IMG/VR virus record: IMGVR_UViG_3300046333_000120
DNA from: a virus
Reading direction: 5' to 3' (one strand)
DNA length: 64,000 bases
Part shown: positions 1 to 9,284 of the stretch, piece after piece
Layout of the letters: each line of letters starts with the position of its first letter
Numbering within the stretch: the first letter of the stretch is position 1
The notes under the pieces: generated by a model
Seen by the model: only the letters and a program-made list of their open reading frames with translations
What the model was told of the DNA's origin: nothing
The model's database searches: none
Program-made: the position numbers and the translations under genes

Positions 1-2
1 TG

Positions 3-1262
3 CAAGAAGTTAATGGCACACAAAGAAGTATAACGTATAATACGACAAGTAATATTGCAACAATTCCAGCATATACTATAACTTATAAATTTATAGATGA
101 GAATACAAACAATGGAGTTCCGACTGTTCAAATAACAAATACAGGTGTTGCAGGTTCTTCTACTATACCATTAGGTAATGTTCTTATTAGTGCAGCATCA
201 CTTAGTCCAGGAATGCATTGGACTTCTGTTCCAACGTTTACTACTCCCGCAGGAAGTGGGCTAAGTTTTAGTGCAACCATAGATACCACGGATACGACTG
301 ATAAAACAATAAAAATAGCAACAAGTGTTACTAGCCAACCAGCTGATGGAGCATTTAGTGGAAATATAGTAGAAATTAAATATAATTCACTTGCATTTAA
401 AGTATATGACACAGTATCTTTAACCTTAACTAGAGCAAATTCTCCAGCATTTGTATCTATTACAACGCCGCCTGTTAGTAACTCAATAACTAATTTCCAT
501 TATCAAAATGGTTGGACCGGAAATGTTATTATCAATGCAAACTCAGGATATACATATAGTAGTCCGAATGATGTTAATATGTATAGTAAAGATACATACC
601 AACCTGGAGATACATATTCAAATGGACCAACATGGGATAGTTTAGAGTATATAATTAATTCTAGAGTATGGACTCCAAGTACTACTGTAGGAAAATCAAT
701 TACAATGAATATTACCATTAAAGGCGATTTATCGGCAGGTTCAACATATTATTATGGAATAGCAGGAAACCCTGTATTGACATCAATATTTACCTTTGTT
801 TCACATGTAGGTGATCCTCAGACTTCATCGTCAGGTCCTATTGTTAGTGCAAGTACTAATGGTGGAAATTATTCATATAGTGGAATTAATATTGTTGATA
901 TGAATGGAACTACAAATCAATATGTACACTTAGTATTGGATGGAAACAGACCAGTGGGTCTCTTTGGTGGAACTAGAGCTGGAACCCTTAACATATCAGT
1001 GGAGCCAGGATATGCTGGTAGTGTAATAGTTGTACCTAATGGAACTCCTACTCCATTTTCGATATCAGGCGAAGATTTAGAGGCTACACCAACTGCTAGT
1101 GTTGGATCATTCTATCTATCACCAGGAAGATACCGTGTAACTATGACTGCTTCAGTATCTAATGCACCAACTAGTCAATACGGACAGAACTCTAGTGCTG
1201 TTTCATATTTATATATGTCAAATAATAATACTAATCCATGGACATTGATTGGAACATGGTAA
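3..1262 (+). CDS. 5'-truncated virion structural protein (tail fibre/appendage-like, Ser/Thr/Gly/Asn-rich)
   Basis: The frame of the 213..1262 ORF is open back to position 3, so the gene starts upstream of the window. Composition is beta-rich and T/S/G/N-rich. Confidence 0.55.
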   Translation, partial: QEVNGTQRSITYNTTSNIATIPAYTITYKFIDENTNNGVPTVQITNTGVAGSSTIPLGNVLISAASLSPGMHWTSVPTFTTPAGSGLSFSATIDTTDTTDKTIKIATSVTSQPADGAFSGNIVEIKYNSLAFKVYDTVSLTLTRANSPAFVSITTPPVSNSITNFHYQNGWTGNVIINANSGYTYSSPNDVNMYSKDTYQPGDTYSNGPTWDSLEYIINSRVWTPSTTVGKSITMNITIKGDLSAGSTYYYGIAGNPVLTSIFTFVSHVGDPQTSSSGPIVSASTNGGNYSYSGINIVDMNGTTNQYVHLVLDGNRPVGLFGGTRAGTLNISVEPGYAGSVIVVPNGTPTPFSISGEDLEATPTASVGSFYLSPGRYRVTMTASVSNAPTSQYGQNSSAVSYLYMSNNNTNPWTLIGTW

Positions 1263-1277
1263 AATAAATAATAATTC

Positions 1278-2114
1278 ATGAATAAAATTAATCAATACGT
1301 AGAATATTTAAAAAATCTAAAGTCTAAAATTTCAAGAACAACCCTAATTTTTATTGGGGTTGTTCTTCTTGTTTTATTACTATTACAACAATGCGATTCT
1401 AATGCTTCTCTTAGACGTGAAATTAAACAAGTTCAATTAGTAGCAGATAGGGAACTTAATAATTATAAAGCAAGTCTAGATACTATTAAAATCGAAAGAA
1501 ATAAAAATAATGATTTAGTTGCAATCAAAAAAACATATGAATTTGATATAAATTCATTAACTGCAGATAATAAAAAACTAATTACAAATTATCAAAGTGC
1601 TCTTAATCTTTCAAAGGAATTTAAAGATATTAACTCATTATTGAAAATAGAAATTAAAAGTAAGGATTCTATTATTAATGCTAAATCAAATGTATCATAT
1701 GTTAATGATACATTAAGTATTATTAATTTTACCGATGAAAAAAATTGGGATAAATATAATTGGAGAAGATTCAATGGAAAGGTTGGAGTATTTAGAAATA
1801 GTAAGACAAATTTTTTATTGGTTCAATCTAGTCAATTTAATTTTGAACAAGGAATTGAATTAAAGGCTGCAATACTAAGTGAAAATGGAGTGAGAACATT
1901 AAAGATAAGTACACCTTATTCTGGAATTACTTTCACTAATATAGAAAATATAAATTTAGTTAATGATAAACTAAATGAAAAAAATGAAAAAAAAGCAGGT
2001 TGGTCAATAGGAGTTGGTTTAGGATATGGAATAAACCTTGGAAATGGAGTATTAACCCTAGGACCATCTCTTAACGTAGGTATATTATGGTCACCAAAAT
2101 GGCTTAGATTTTAA
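1278..2114 (+). CDS. membrane-anchored coiled-coil protein with C-terminal beta-hairpin (candidate spanin-like lysis protein)
   Basis: N-terminal hydrophobic helix (TLIFIGVVLLVLLLLQQC), coiled-coil region, and C-terminal amphipathic Gly-rich strands GWSIGVGLGYG...SLNVGILW ending in F. Confidence 0.45.
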   Translation: MNKINQYVEYLKNLKSKISRTTLIFIGVVLLVLLLLQQCDSNASLRREIKQVQLVADRELNNYKASLDTIKIERNKNNDLVAIKKTYEFDINSLTADNKKLITNYQSALNLSKEFKDINSLLKIEIKSKDSIINAKSNVSYVNDTLSIINFTDEKNWDKYNWRRFNGKVGVFRNSKTNFLLVQSSQFNFEQGIELKAAILSENGVRTLKISTPYSGITFTNIENINLVNDKLNEKNEKKAGWSIGVGLGYGINLGNGVLTLGPSLNVGILWSPKWLRF

Positions 2115-2128
2115 AAAACAATAAAGAA

Positions 2129-4192
2129 ATGGCAAAATCATCAAGATTCTTAAGAATAGACGAAGATGTATTATTAGAATTCATCTATCACGATCAATCG
2201 AATTCCGATCAGGTTAAGATTGAAAATGATAATAATGGAACTCAAATTAAATACTTAAATACAGTCGATGGAGACAATAGTGCTTCAAGATTCTTAATTA
2301 GCGAGCTAGGTGCAGATGTTGTTGAGTTTACAGTTACAACTTCAAGTGGATATGTTATAATAAATAGTTTTGCAAGTAGACAACTTTTACTTAGAAATGG
2401 TAAAACATATAAATTCGATTTAACAGATTCAAGTATTAATAATGTAGCTGGATTTACAATTCCAGGAGGTGCAGGTTATTTAAATGGACAAATATACGTC
2501 TATACCCCAACAACAAATGGAACATTTAAATATGAATATACTGATTTAGCTGAAACTAGTTTTATTGGAGGTCAAATTGAAGTTTCAAATAGAGCAAGTT
2601 CTCTTTTTTCAGTTCCAGAAGCACAAACTGGAAATGATATTAAAACAGCACCTGGAGAATCTGGTAGATATTATGCAGTTCCTACTGATACTAGTGGAAC
2701 CTTAGCACTATTAAATAATTCATTAAATTATCTAGATTCAACAGAATGGTTAGGAACTAATTCAAGTTCTCTTAGTGTAATTCCTACTTCAACTGTAAAT
2801 GCAGTGTGGTATGATACAATAAGACTTCATTTGCGAACTGGTTATTCTTTTTCCGGAAGAGGATATGATGGATTTTTATTTCAAACAAAGATTAAAAGGC
2901 ATTCTGGCATTTATAATTATTTTAATTCTACAGTTTACTTAAACTCTTCAAGTTTTGAACTTCAAAATCCAAATCCATTTATTTTAGCAGATACTTCATA
3001 TTCAAAATATATTGAGATTAAAGTACCTACTTTAGTAAGTATGTATGACCCTACTAAAAATTTAGAATTTGAAGAAAGTTTCTTTGGAACTACAGGTTCT
3101 TTAGATGCAATTAATCCTTCAATAAATTATGAAATTGATTTTAAATTAATCAATGAAGTAGTTACAATAGGAGGATATGATTATATTCAAGTGGCTGAAG
3201 GTAACTCTCTTACTCTTTCACAGGAAGACGAGTATGTTGATATTTCATTAAATGTAGAACATTCAACCGAAGGTGACTATTTTGAAATATATGGAACTAA
3301 AGATGGTTCTACTGCAGGATTTGAAAGTTATATTAATGGAAGGATGCAAACATCTGGAGATGATTTAACTATTTTCTATGAAGTACAAGTAAGCGAACAG
3401 TTAGGTCTTAATTATATTAATACCTTTTCAAATACATTTACACAAACATCACAGTTCGATCAACCTATTGTATTTAGACCAGTGATTATGAACTCATCTA
3501 TTTCAAATAACTTTACAATTACGGTAAATATGAGAATTTATAATGAGACAGATAATACCCAGATATTAAAAGTAGCATCATTAATTTATAGTCAACCTAA
3601 AAAGTATGGTAAAAAATTATTGAAGTTAAATTTAAACTCAAGTTTTTCACCAACTGTGGTTTATAATACATTACCAAATACATCAGTTAATAGAGAATTA
3701 AATCAATTTGTTAATTCAATAAGACCATCCATAGGAGAAACTAAATATGTTCCAGTTGCATTAGATACATACGGTATTGTTGCATCAAATAGTAAAATAT
3801 CAACAGATGGCGCAGACGTAACATCAACGGCAGACATTAAATATGATACAGAAGGAAATGGTATTATTACATTGTCAAAGGTATCAGATAACTTTATTAA
3901 ATTTAAAGTTGCAAAACCAGGGGATGGAGTTCTTAATGCAATAAGTCTTGTAAATGCAGAAGACATGATATTAATTATTAAGAGTGGAACTATAGAAGAA
4001 AGAATTTCACATGACCCTTCATTTCCAGGAGTGGATATGGGTAATGGAGAAGTTTTCTTTAAAATTGCAAAGAGTACAGCAGTTAGATTTGACCAATCAG
4101 ATACAAATCAAAATGCCGATAAATTTTATATTAACATAAAAAATGGTGGTACTGAATCTTTATTGTACTACGGAAAAGTTAACATTATATAA
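2129..4192 (+). CDS. hypothetical virion structural protein (687 aa, probably baseplate/tail associated)
   Basis: Long ORF with beta-rich composition, translationally coupled (TAATG) to a tail-tube-fold gene. Confidence 0.45.
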   Translation: MAKSSRFLRIDEDVLLEFIYHDQSNSDQVKIENDNNGTQIKYLNTVDGDNSASRFLISELGADVVEFTVTTSSGYVIINSFASRQLLLRNGKTYKFDLTDSSINNVAGFTIPGGAGYLNGQIYVYTPTTNGTFKYEYTDLAETSFIGGQIEVSNRASSLFSVPEAQTGNDIKTAPGESGRYYAVPTDTSGTLALLNNSLNYLDSTEWLGTNSSSLSVIPTSTVNAVWYDTIRLHLRTGYSFSGRGYDGFLFQTKIKRHSGIYNYFNSTVYLNSSSFELQNPNPFILADTSYSKYIEIKVPTLVSMYDPTKNLEFEESFFGTTGSLDAINPSINYEIDFKLINEVVTIGGYDYIQVAEGNSLTLSQEDEYVDISLNVEHSTEGDYFEIYGTKDGSTAGFESYINGRMQTSGDDLTIFYEVQVSEQLGLNYINTFSNTFTQTSQFDQPIVFRPVIMNSSISNNFTITVNMRIYNETDNTQILKVASLIYSQPKKYGKKLLKLNLNSSFSPTVVYNTLPNTSVNRELNQFVNSIRPSIGETKYVPVALDTYGIVASNSKISTDGADVTSTADIKYDTEGNGIITLSKVSDNFIKFKVAKPGDGVLNAISLVNAEDMILIIKSGTIEERISHDPSFPGVDMGNGEVFFKIAKSTAVRFDQSDTNQNADKFYINIKNGGTESLLYYGKVNII

Positions 4193-4743
4193 TGATTTTA
4201 AATAGTAGAAATAATTTATTCAATTTCAAATTCCCTAGGACTTTTATTCCTAAGGAAGTTGCTGACAAATATCGAAAGTATTTGAATAGAATGCCAGGTA
4301 ATTTAATTTCAGAACCAATTGATTTTATAAATTATTCAATTCAGGGTGTTAATCTTCCGGGTATTACATTTGATCCTATTGAAGTAGCACCCAATGATGG
4401 AACAATAACATATCATAGAGGTTCGATTCCAATACAAAATACAATTGATAGACAATTTAAAGTTACAATGCAACTTTTAGATGGTTATATTAATTATTGG
4501 ATTATGCAAGATACTTTACTTTATTATTATTCAAAAACAGTAAGGGAACCATGGTTAAACGATATTAAACTCCAAATAATGGATGCTGAAGGTATTCATA
4601 TAATGAGTGCTGTATTTGAAAAACCAATTATGAACTCAATATCTGAACTTGATTTAAATATGAGTTCAAATATTGCAGAGTTTACTACATTTGATTTAAA
4701 CTTCTATTATAACAAGTTTAATATTCAATTAGAAATAGATTAA
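4192..4743 (+). CDS. tail tube-fold protein (T4 gp3/gp19-like tail completion protein)
   Basis: YSIQGVNLPGITF motif and C-terminal FTTFDLNFYY pattern typical of the gp3/gp19 fold; 183 aa. Confidence 0.55.
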   Translation: MILNSRNNLFNFKFPRTFIPKEVADKYRKYLNRMPGNLISEPIDFINYSIQGVNLPGITFDPIEVAPNDGTITYHRGSIPIQNTIDRQFKVTMQLLDGYINYWIMQDTLLYYYSKTVREPWLNDIKLQIMDAEGIHIMSAVFEKPIMNSISELDLNMSSNIAEFTTFDLNFYYNKFNIQLEID

Positions 4744-4752
4744 GATATATAA
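4744..4752 (+). promoter_or_regulatory. putative late promoter GATATATAA (representative copy)
   Basis: Exact copies at 4744, 6207, 10785, 21675, 22065, 26406, 29016, 38423, 39273, 43666, 45498, 47114, 57201, 59807 and 61919. All lie at gene boundaries, mostly upstream of virion genes. Confidence 0.75.
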
Positions 4753-4755
4753 AGT

Positions 4756-5061
4756 ATGAAAACATTTGATGATTATATAAACGAAGGAAAGGTTACTATA
4801 GATAACCTAACATTTGCAATACAGACTATTGTAGATAGAAAGGGATTAGCTATAACATTTATACCTGATTCAAAAACATTAGATACAATTCATATTAATG
4901 GTAAAAACACTATTGTAGATATTATTGAAAAGAAAATGGCTAAAAGTTCTCCACTAATATCAACATGTATGTGGTTTGAAGCTGGTCATGACGCTGCAGG
5001 ATTTACGTTTAGAATTGATCCTACTGAATTAACTGACGAATTAACTAAAGCATTTAAATAA
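4756..5061 (+). CDS. small putative internal head protein with capsid-targeting-like N-terminus
   Basis: Begins MKTFDDYINE, resembling the T4 IP leader MKTYQEFIAE; late motif immediately upstream. Confidence 0.5.
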   Translation: MKTFDDYINEGKVTIDNLTFAIQTIVDRKGLAITFIPDSKTLDTIHINGKNTIVDIIEKKMAKSSPLISTCMWFEAGHDAAGFTFRIDPTELTDELTKAFK

Positions 5062-5429
5062 TGAAAACATTTTTAGATTATATTAAAGAGGAAAATATAT
5101 CCGATAAAGAATTAGCAATATTAACAGAATCTCTACAAACAGAGTGGACTGAAGAATTAGAAGCTAAAGTTGATGCTGCAATTGAAGAGTTTGCTTCAAC
5201 ATATAAAAATCTGGATGGTACTTATGATATTCATGCCTTTAATGAAGAGCTTACAAACGAAGGAGTATTAGGAAGCATATTTGGTGGATTGGCAGGTTTT
5301 GCACTTGGTAAAACTATTGGTAAAACACTGGCAAATATTCTTGGGATTACTTCAGGTATTATGTATGATATGTTAACTTCGAGATTAGTAGGAGCTGCAT
5401 TAGGTTCTTCGCTTGGTAACAAAATATAA
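5061..5429 (+). CDS. putative internal head protein with acidic N-half and C-terminal glycine zipper
   Basis: Begins MKTFLDYIKEE; LTNE|G precedes GVLGSIFGGLAGFALG...GAALGSSLG. Confidence 0.5.
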   Translation: MKTFLDYIKEENISDKELAILTESLQTEWTEELEAKVDAAIEEFASTYKNLDGTYDIHAFNEELTNEGVLGSIFGGLAGFALGKTIGKTLANILGITSGIMYDMLTSRLVGAALGSSLGNKI

Positions 5430-5430
5430 T

Positions 5431-6087
5431 ATGAATTTTGTAACCATTGACTTTTCCCTTAACTCTCCTGGAATCTGTATATTTAAAGATAACAAATATA
5501 ATTTTATTGGTTATTTAAAACCAAAGACAGGAACTAAAAAGGAACAAATATTACAAGAGGAACTTAATCTTCTTGAAGATACTCAGATCTCACATCAACC
5601 TGATTGGACAAATAATGAGTCCTATTCAAAGAGTGAGATGATTAAAATCCAAAGACATACTCAGACTGCAAAAGACATTATTGATATGGTTATTGAAATC
5701 ACAGGTAATGATTCTCCTTTCGTTATTGCATTTGAAGGATCTTCTTATGGTTCTTCTGCAGGTACTAATAATATTATTGACATGGCAGCAGGAGCAGCAA
5801 TCTTAAAGATGGAAATGATGTCAAGACTTGAAGTCTTAGAAATGATGACCATTGCACCTTCAACCATTAAGAAACACGCAGGAAAAGGTTCCATGAAAAA
5901 GGATGAGCTTTGGCTTAAATTTCTAGAAAACATTCTTGATGATTCTTCTTTAGCATCCTCGTCTCTTCTTAAATTCTGTAAAGACAATATAGGAGAGGTA
6001 AAGAATATACCTAAACCAATGGATGATTTAGTAGATGCATATTTCTTAAACCATTTATCTAGAAGTTTATTTTACCCCAAGGCTTAA
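5431..6087 (+). CDS. RuvC-like Holliday junction resolvase
   Basis: RNase H-fold acidic motifs IDFSLNSPG, AFEGSSY and DDLVDAY, plus PSTIKK. ATG at 5431 is preferred over the annotated 5413 start. Confidence 0.75.
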   Translation: MNFVTIDFSLNSPGICIFKDNKYNFIGYLKPKTGTKKEQILQEELNLLEDTQISHQPDWTNNESYSKSEMIKIQRHTQTAKDIIDMVIEITGNDSPFVIAFEGSSYGSSAGTNNIIDMAAGAAILKMEMMSRLEVLEMMTIAPSTIKKHAGKGSMKKDELWLKFLENILDDSSLASSSLLKFCKDNIGEVKNIPKPMDDLVDAYFLNHLSRSLFYPKA

Positions 6088-6247
6088 AGACTTAAGTTAT
6101 ATTGTCAGGGTACTGGATTGTTTCAGTAAAACTAAAAATAATTTAAAATAGTTTTCAAGTACCTATAAAAAGAATTAAAAATAGTACTGAAACTAAATTA
6201 AATAAAGATATATAATACATGTACTAATATTTAAAAATGTATCATAG

Positions 6248-6436
6248 ATGAATTCTTTCAATACAACCGAGCACTTTAATTTATTCAAAGCTCTAAGTAA
6301 ACTAGTAACGTTAGGTAAAATCTCTAGAGATGAAATGGAAAACTTACTTACTAAATCAGGTCTATCTAAAATAGATAAAAACCAATATAAAGATGATTCA
6401 GGTAATATTTTAACTATAGGTCGTGAAACATTTTAA
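6248..6436 (+). CDS. hypothetical protein (62 aa)
   Basis: Short ORF downstream of GAAAC-N17-TATAA and GATATATAA motifs (6189-6215). Confidence 0.5.
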   Translation: MNSFNTTEHFNLFKALSKLVTLGKISRDEMENLLTKSGLSKIDKNQYKDDSGNILTIGRETF

Positions 6437-6452
6437 GGGTATCAGTATATAA
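6425..6452 (+). promoter_or_regulatory. putative middle promoter (G/T/A)AAAC-N17/18-TATAA (representative copy, upstream of gp32)
   Basis: Same bipartite motif with fixed spacing at 6189, 6425, 7447, 19915, 20199, 22047, 30031, 33825, 40142, 48812 and 51119, mostly upstream of replication/metabolism genes. Confidence 0.7.
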
Positions 6453-6494
6453 TTAACAAATTAAAGTATTAACAAAAATTAAAGTATTTAAGAC

Positions 6495-7412
6495 ATGGCA
6501 GAATTTGACATTTTTAACTTAGGTGTAGCAGATGTAGACACACATGAAACACAAGCTTCTTCAGGAAGTGACCTTTACAAACCAACAGCAGACGATGGTA
6601 AAGACGGAACTTACAAAGCAATTATTCGTTTTGTTCCAAACCCATCAAATCCCCGAAACTCTTTAGTAAAAAAATACGTACACTGGCTTACAAACGCAGG
6701 CGGTGATGGTAAAATGGTAGATTCCCCTTCAACAGTAGGAGAAAAATGCCCAATAGCTGATGTATTTTTTAAATTACGTAAAAGTGATTCAGCAGTTGAT
6801 CGTAAAATGAGTGATAAACTTAAAAGACGTGAGCAGTACTTTGCTCTAGTTAAAGTTATTAAAGATCCTCAAAACCCAGATTTAGAAGGACAATACAAAA
6901 TCTTCAAATTTGGTTATAAAATCAAAGAAAAAATTGACGAAGAATTGAAACCAGCGTTTGGTGAACCAACTCAAGTATTTGACCTATTTGCAGGTAAAAA
7001 CTTTGAATTGATTATATCAAGACAAGGAGATTTCAATAACTACGATAAATCAAAATTCTCATCTTCAACCAGTGCTATTGACATGGCAGGTTCTCCAGCA
7101 GAAAGAACTAAAGAAGTTATGACAACAATCAAAACTGAATTGGATGCTGCACCTTCATTAGAACCTTACGAGTACAAAACATGGGATGAAGAAACCAGAG
7201 ATTTTGTTAATAATATCTTAAGAAATTATTTAAATCCAGGTGATTCAATGGACTCTGTTATTTCAAAACCAGCAGCTAAAAAACCAGCAGCTAAAACTGA
7301 AAGTGCAAATACATCAAGTGACTTTGAATTTCCAAGCGAAATGACTTCAAGTCCAAATTCTGCAAGTGATGCAGATGATTTAGATGATTTTCTAAATGAT
7401 TTAGGAGTTTAA
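6495..7412 (+). CDS. single-stranded DNA-binding protein, T4 gp32-like
   Basis: AIIRFVP, CPI, IFKFGYKIKEKI, GKNFEL and NYDKSKF motifs; acidic tail DDLDDFLNDL. Confidence 0.9.
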   Translation: MAEFDIFNLGVADVDTHETQASSGSDLYKPTADDGKDGTYKAIIRFVPNPSNPRNSLVKKYVHWLTNAGGDGKMVDSPSTVGEKCPIADVFFKLRKSDSAVDRKMSDKLKRREQYFALVKVIKDPQNPDLEGQYKIFKFGYKIKEKIDEELKPAFGEPTQVFDLFAGKNFELIISRQGDFNNYDKSKFSSSTSAIDMAGSPAERTKEVMTTIKTELDAAPSLEPYEYKTWDEETRDFVNNILRNYLNPGDSMDSVISKPAAKKPAAKTESANTSSDFEFPSEMTSSPNSASDADDLDDFLNDLGV

Positions 7413-7432
7413 TCTTAAAATATAGTTAAATT

Positions 7433-7465
7433 AAATGGGTCAGGTGTAAACTTGACCCATTTTTT
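7433..7465 (+). terminator. intrinsic terminator after gp32 (overlaps the primase promoter motif)
   Basis: AAATGGGTCAGG / CTTGACCCATTT stem followed by a T-run. Confidence 0.75.
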
Positions 7466-7479
7466 ATATATAATATTAT

Positions 7480-8604
7480 ATGACAAGCCCAAAAATTACA
7501 GAAGAATTAAAATCAAAGATACGAAGTTTAGTTAAAGAAGCGATTGTTAAAGCCCATAATGAACCTTCTAAACATATGCTTAAGGAAATGCCAGGTAGGA
7601 TTACAATGGCATGTCCATTTTGTGGTGATTCCAGTTCTGACCATAAGAAGAAGAGAGGTAATTTATACTGGGACACTCTACAATATCATTGTTTTAATTG
7701 TGGTACTCACTCGAATGCATACCAATTACTTAAGGAACATCATGTAAAATTTAAAAATACAGACGATTCAATCCAGGTTATTGATTACATTCAAGAACAT
7801 AAGATGGAAACAAATCATATTGAAGTCTTAGAACATGACGTATTTAAATTAGCATATGATTTATCTCCAACAAGAACAGAACTTAAACAATGGTTTGACT
7901 TTTATGAAATACAACCAGGAGATCCTGCATTTTTCTATTTAAGAAATAGATTACTATCTTCAAAATTAGATAGGTTTATGTATTCGCCAAAGGATAAAAG
8001 AATTGTAGTTCTTAATCTTGCACCAAAGGATAAAGTTATTGGATTTCAAACGCGCTCACTTATTAAAAAAGCAAATTCAAGATATTTAACATATGACCTT
8101 GAAAAAATATATGAAGAGGCAGGAAAGGAACTTGTAATATCTGAAGAAGAATTAGTAAGTGTTAAAAAGGTTTCGACATTATTTAATGTAATGATGGTTG
8201 ATTTCGAAAGAGAAGTAACTATGTTTGAAGGACCTATTGACTCAATGTTTATACCAAACTCTATTGGACTTGCAACCGCAGGTAGATCTACAGAGGAATT
8301 CGATGAAATTCCAACTATTAGATATATGTTCGATAATGATGTTACTGGTAAAAAGAAGATGATGGAAAAATTAAAAAGAGGTAGAAAGATATTTATATGG
8401 GAAAAATTCTTAAAAGAAACATCAATTGAAAAGGATTGGGATAATTTCCTTAAAAATATTGATAAAAATAATAGAGATAAATATCCTAAACAAATAGGTG
8501 ATTTAAACGATTTGGTTATTGCGGCGTGGCTAACTAAGAATAAATGTTTAAGCAAATTGATGGATTATTTTACTAACTCTAAACTTGATGCATATCACTT
8601 ATGA
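7480..8604 (+). CDS. DNA primase, T4 gp61-like
   Basis: Zn finger CPFCGDS...YHCFNCG; TOPRIM motifs FEGPIDSMF and FDNDVTG, plus DLND. Confidence 0.9.
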   Translation: MTSPKITEELKSKIRSLVKEAIVKAHNEPSKHMLKEMPGRITMACPFCGDSSSDHKKKRGNLYWDTLQYHCFNCGTHSNAYQLLKEHHVKFKNTDDSIQVIDYIQEHKMETNHIEVLEHDVFKLAYDLSPTRTELKQWFDFYEIQPGDPAFFYLRNRLLSSKLDRFMYSPKDKRIVVLNLAPKDKVIGFQTRSLIKKANSRYLTYDLEKIYEEAGKELVISEEELVSVKKVSTLFNVMMVDFEREVTMFEGPIDSMFIPNSIGLATAGRSTEEFDEIPTIRYMFDNDVTGKKKMMEKLKRGRKIFIWEKFLKETSIEKDWDNFLKNIDKNNRDKYPKQIGDLNDLVIAAWLTKNKCLSKLMDYFTNSKLDAYHL

Positions 8605-8819
8605 TAAAAAAAGAATTTTTACAAATGATCGAAGAGCAATTCGAGGACTTTGAAAATGAGAGAAGTAAAAGAAAAAATCTAAAACTAATTATAGATTTTA
8701 CATCCACTAGTATCTCACACGAAGGCAAGGAATTTACAATAACAAAACCAAAACTTAAGGCTAAGTTTAATAGTTCAGTGTATATTAAAGACAATAAAAA
8801 AGGAACCTCATTATTTTAA
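8601..8819 (+). CDS. hypothetical protein (72 aa)
   Basis: ATGA overlap with the primase stop codon. Confidence 0.55.
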   Translation: MIKKEFLQMIEEQFEDFENERSKRKNLKLIIDFTSTSISHEGKEFTITKPKLKAKFNSSVYIKDNKKGTSLF

Positions 8820-8830
8820 ATAAGACTAAT

Positions 8831-9259
8831 ATGTCAGAAACAATTGATAAAATACAACAGTTAGATGATTACTTAAGTAAACAAAGAACTGACTGGACTT
8901 CTAAAATAAAGGCATTGACTGAACAATTAAAGTTAGGTAATAATTTAGAAGAGGTTAGTGCATATACATTAAGTTACCGCCAAATATTAGTAGAACATTT
9001 GGCTACTATGGGAAATCGCATTAAATCGCAAAAGGCAACTGTAGATAAAAGGTATAGAGATAAATGGATCGAATACTTTAGTTATGATTATAAGCTTACC
9101 GATAAAATGCGCGAAAAATTTGTTGAAGCTGATATTTCAGACGATACACAAATCCTTGAGTTATTAATTACTCAAAAAGGGTTTATTGAGGGATCAGTAA
9201 AAACACTTGATAATATGGGCTTTGCAATAAAGAATCGCCTAGATATTTCAAAGCTCTAG
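8831..9259 (+). CDS. uvsY: recombination mediator, UvsY-like
   Basis: 142 aa helical protein with C-terminal KTLDNMGFAIKN motif, adjacent to UvsW. Confidence 0.7.
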   Translation: MSETIDKIQQLDDYLSKQRTDWTSKIKALTEQLKLGNNLEEVSAYTLSYRQILVEHLATMGNRIKSQKATVDKRYRDKWIEYFSYDYKLTDKMREKFVEADISDDTQILELLITQKGFIEGSVKTLDNMGFAIKNRLDISKL

Positions 9260-9284
9260 GGCTTAAAAAAGATCATAATGAGAT

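Noticed and set aside
7265-7296. 15-bp duplication encoding KPAAK twice in gp32
   Set aside because: An ordinary low-complexity linker before the acidic tail.
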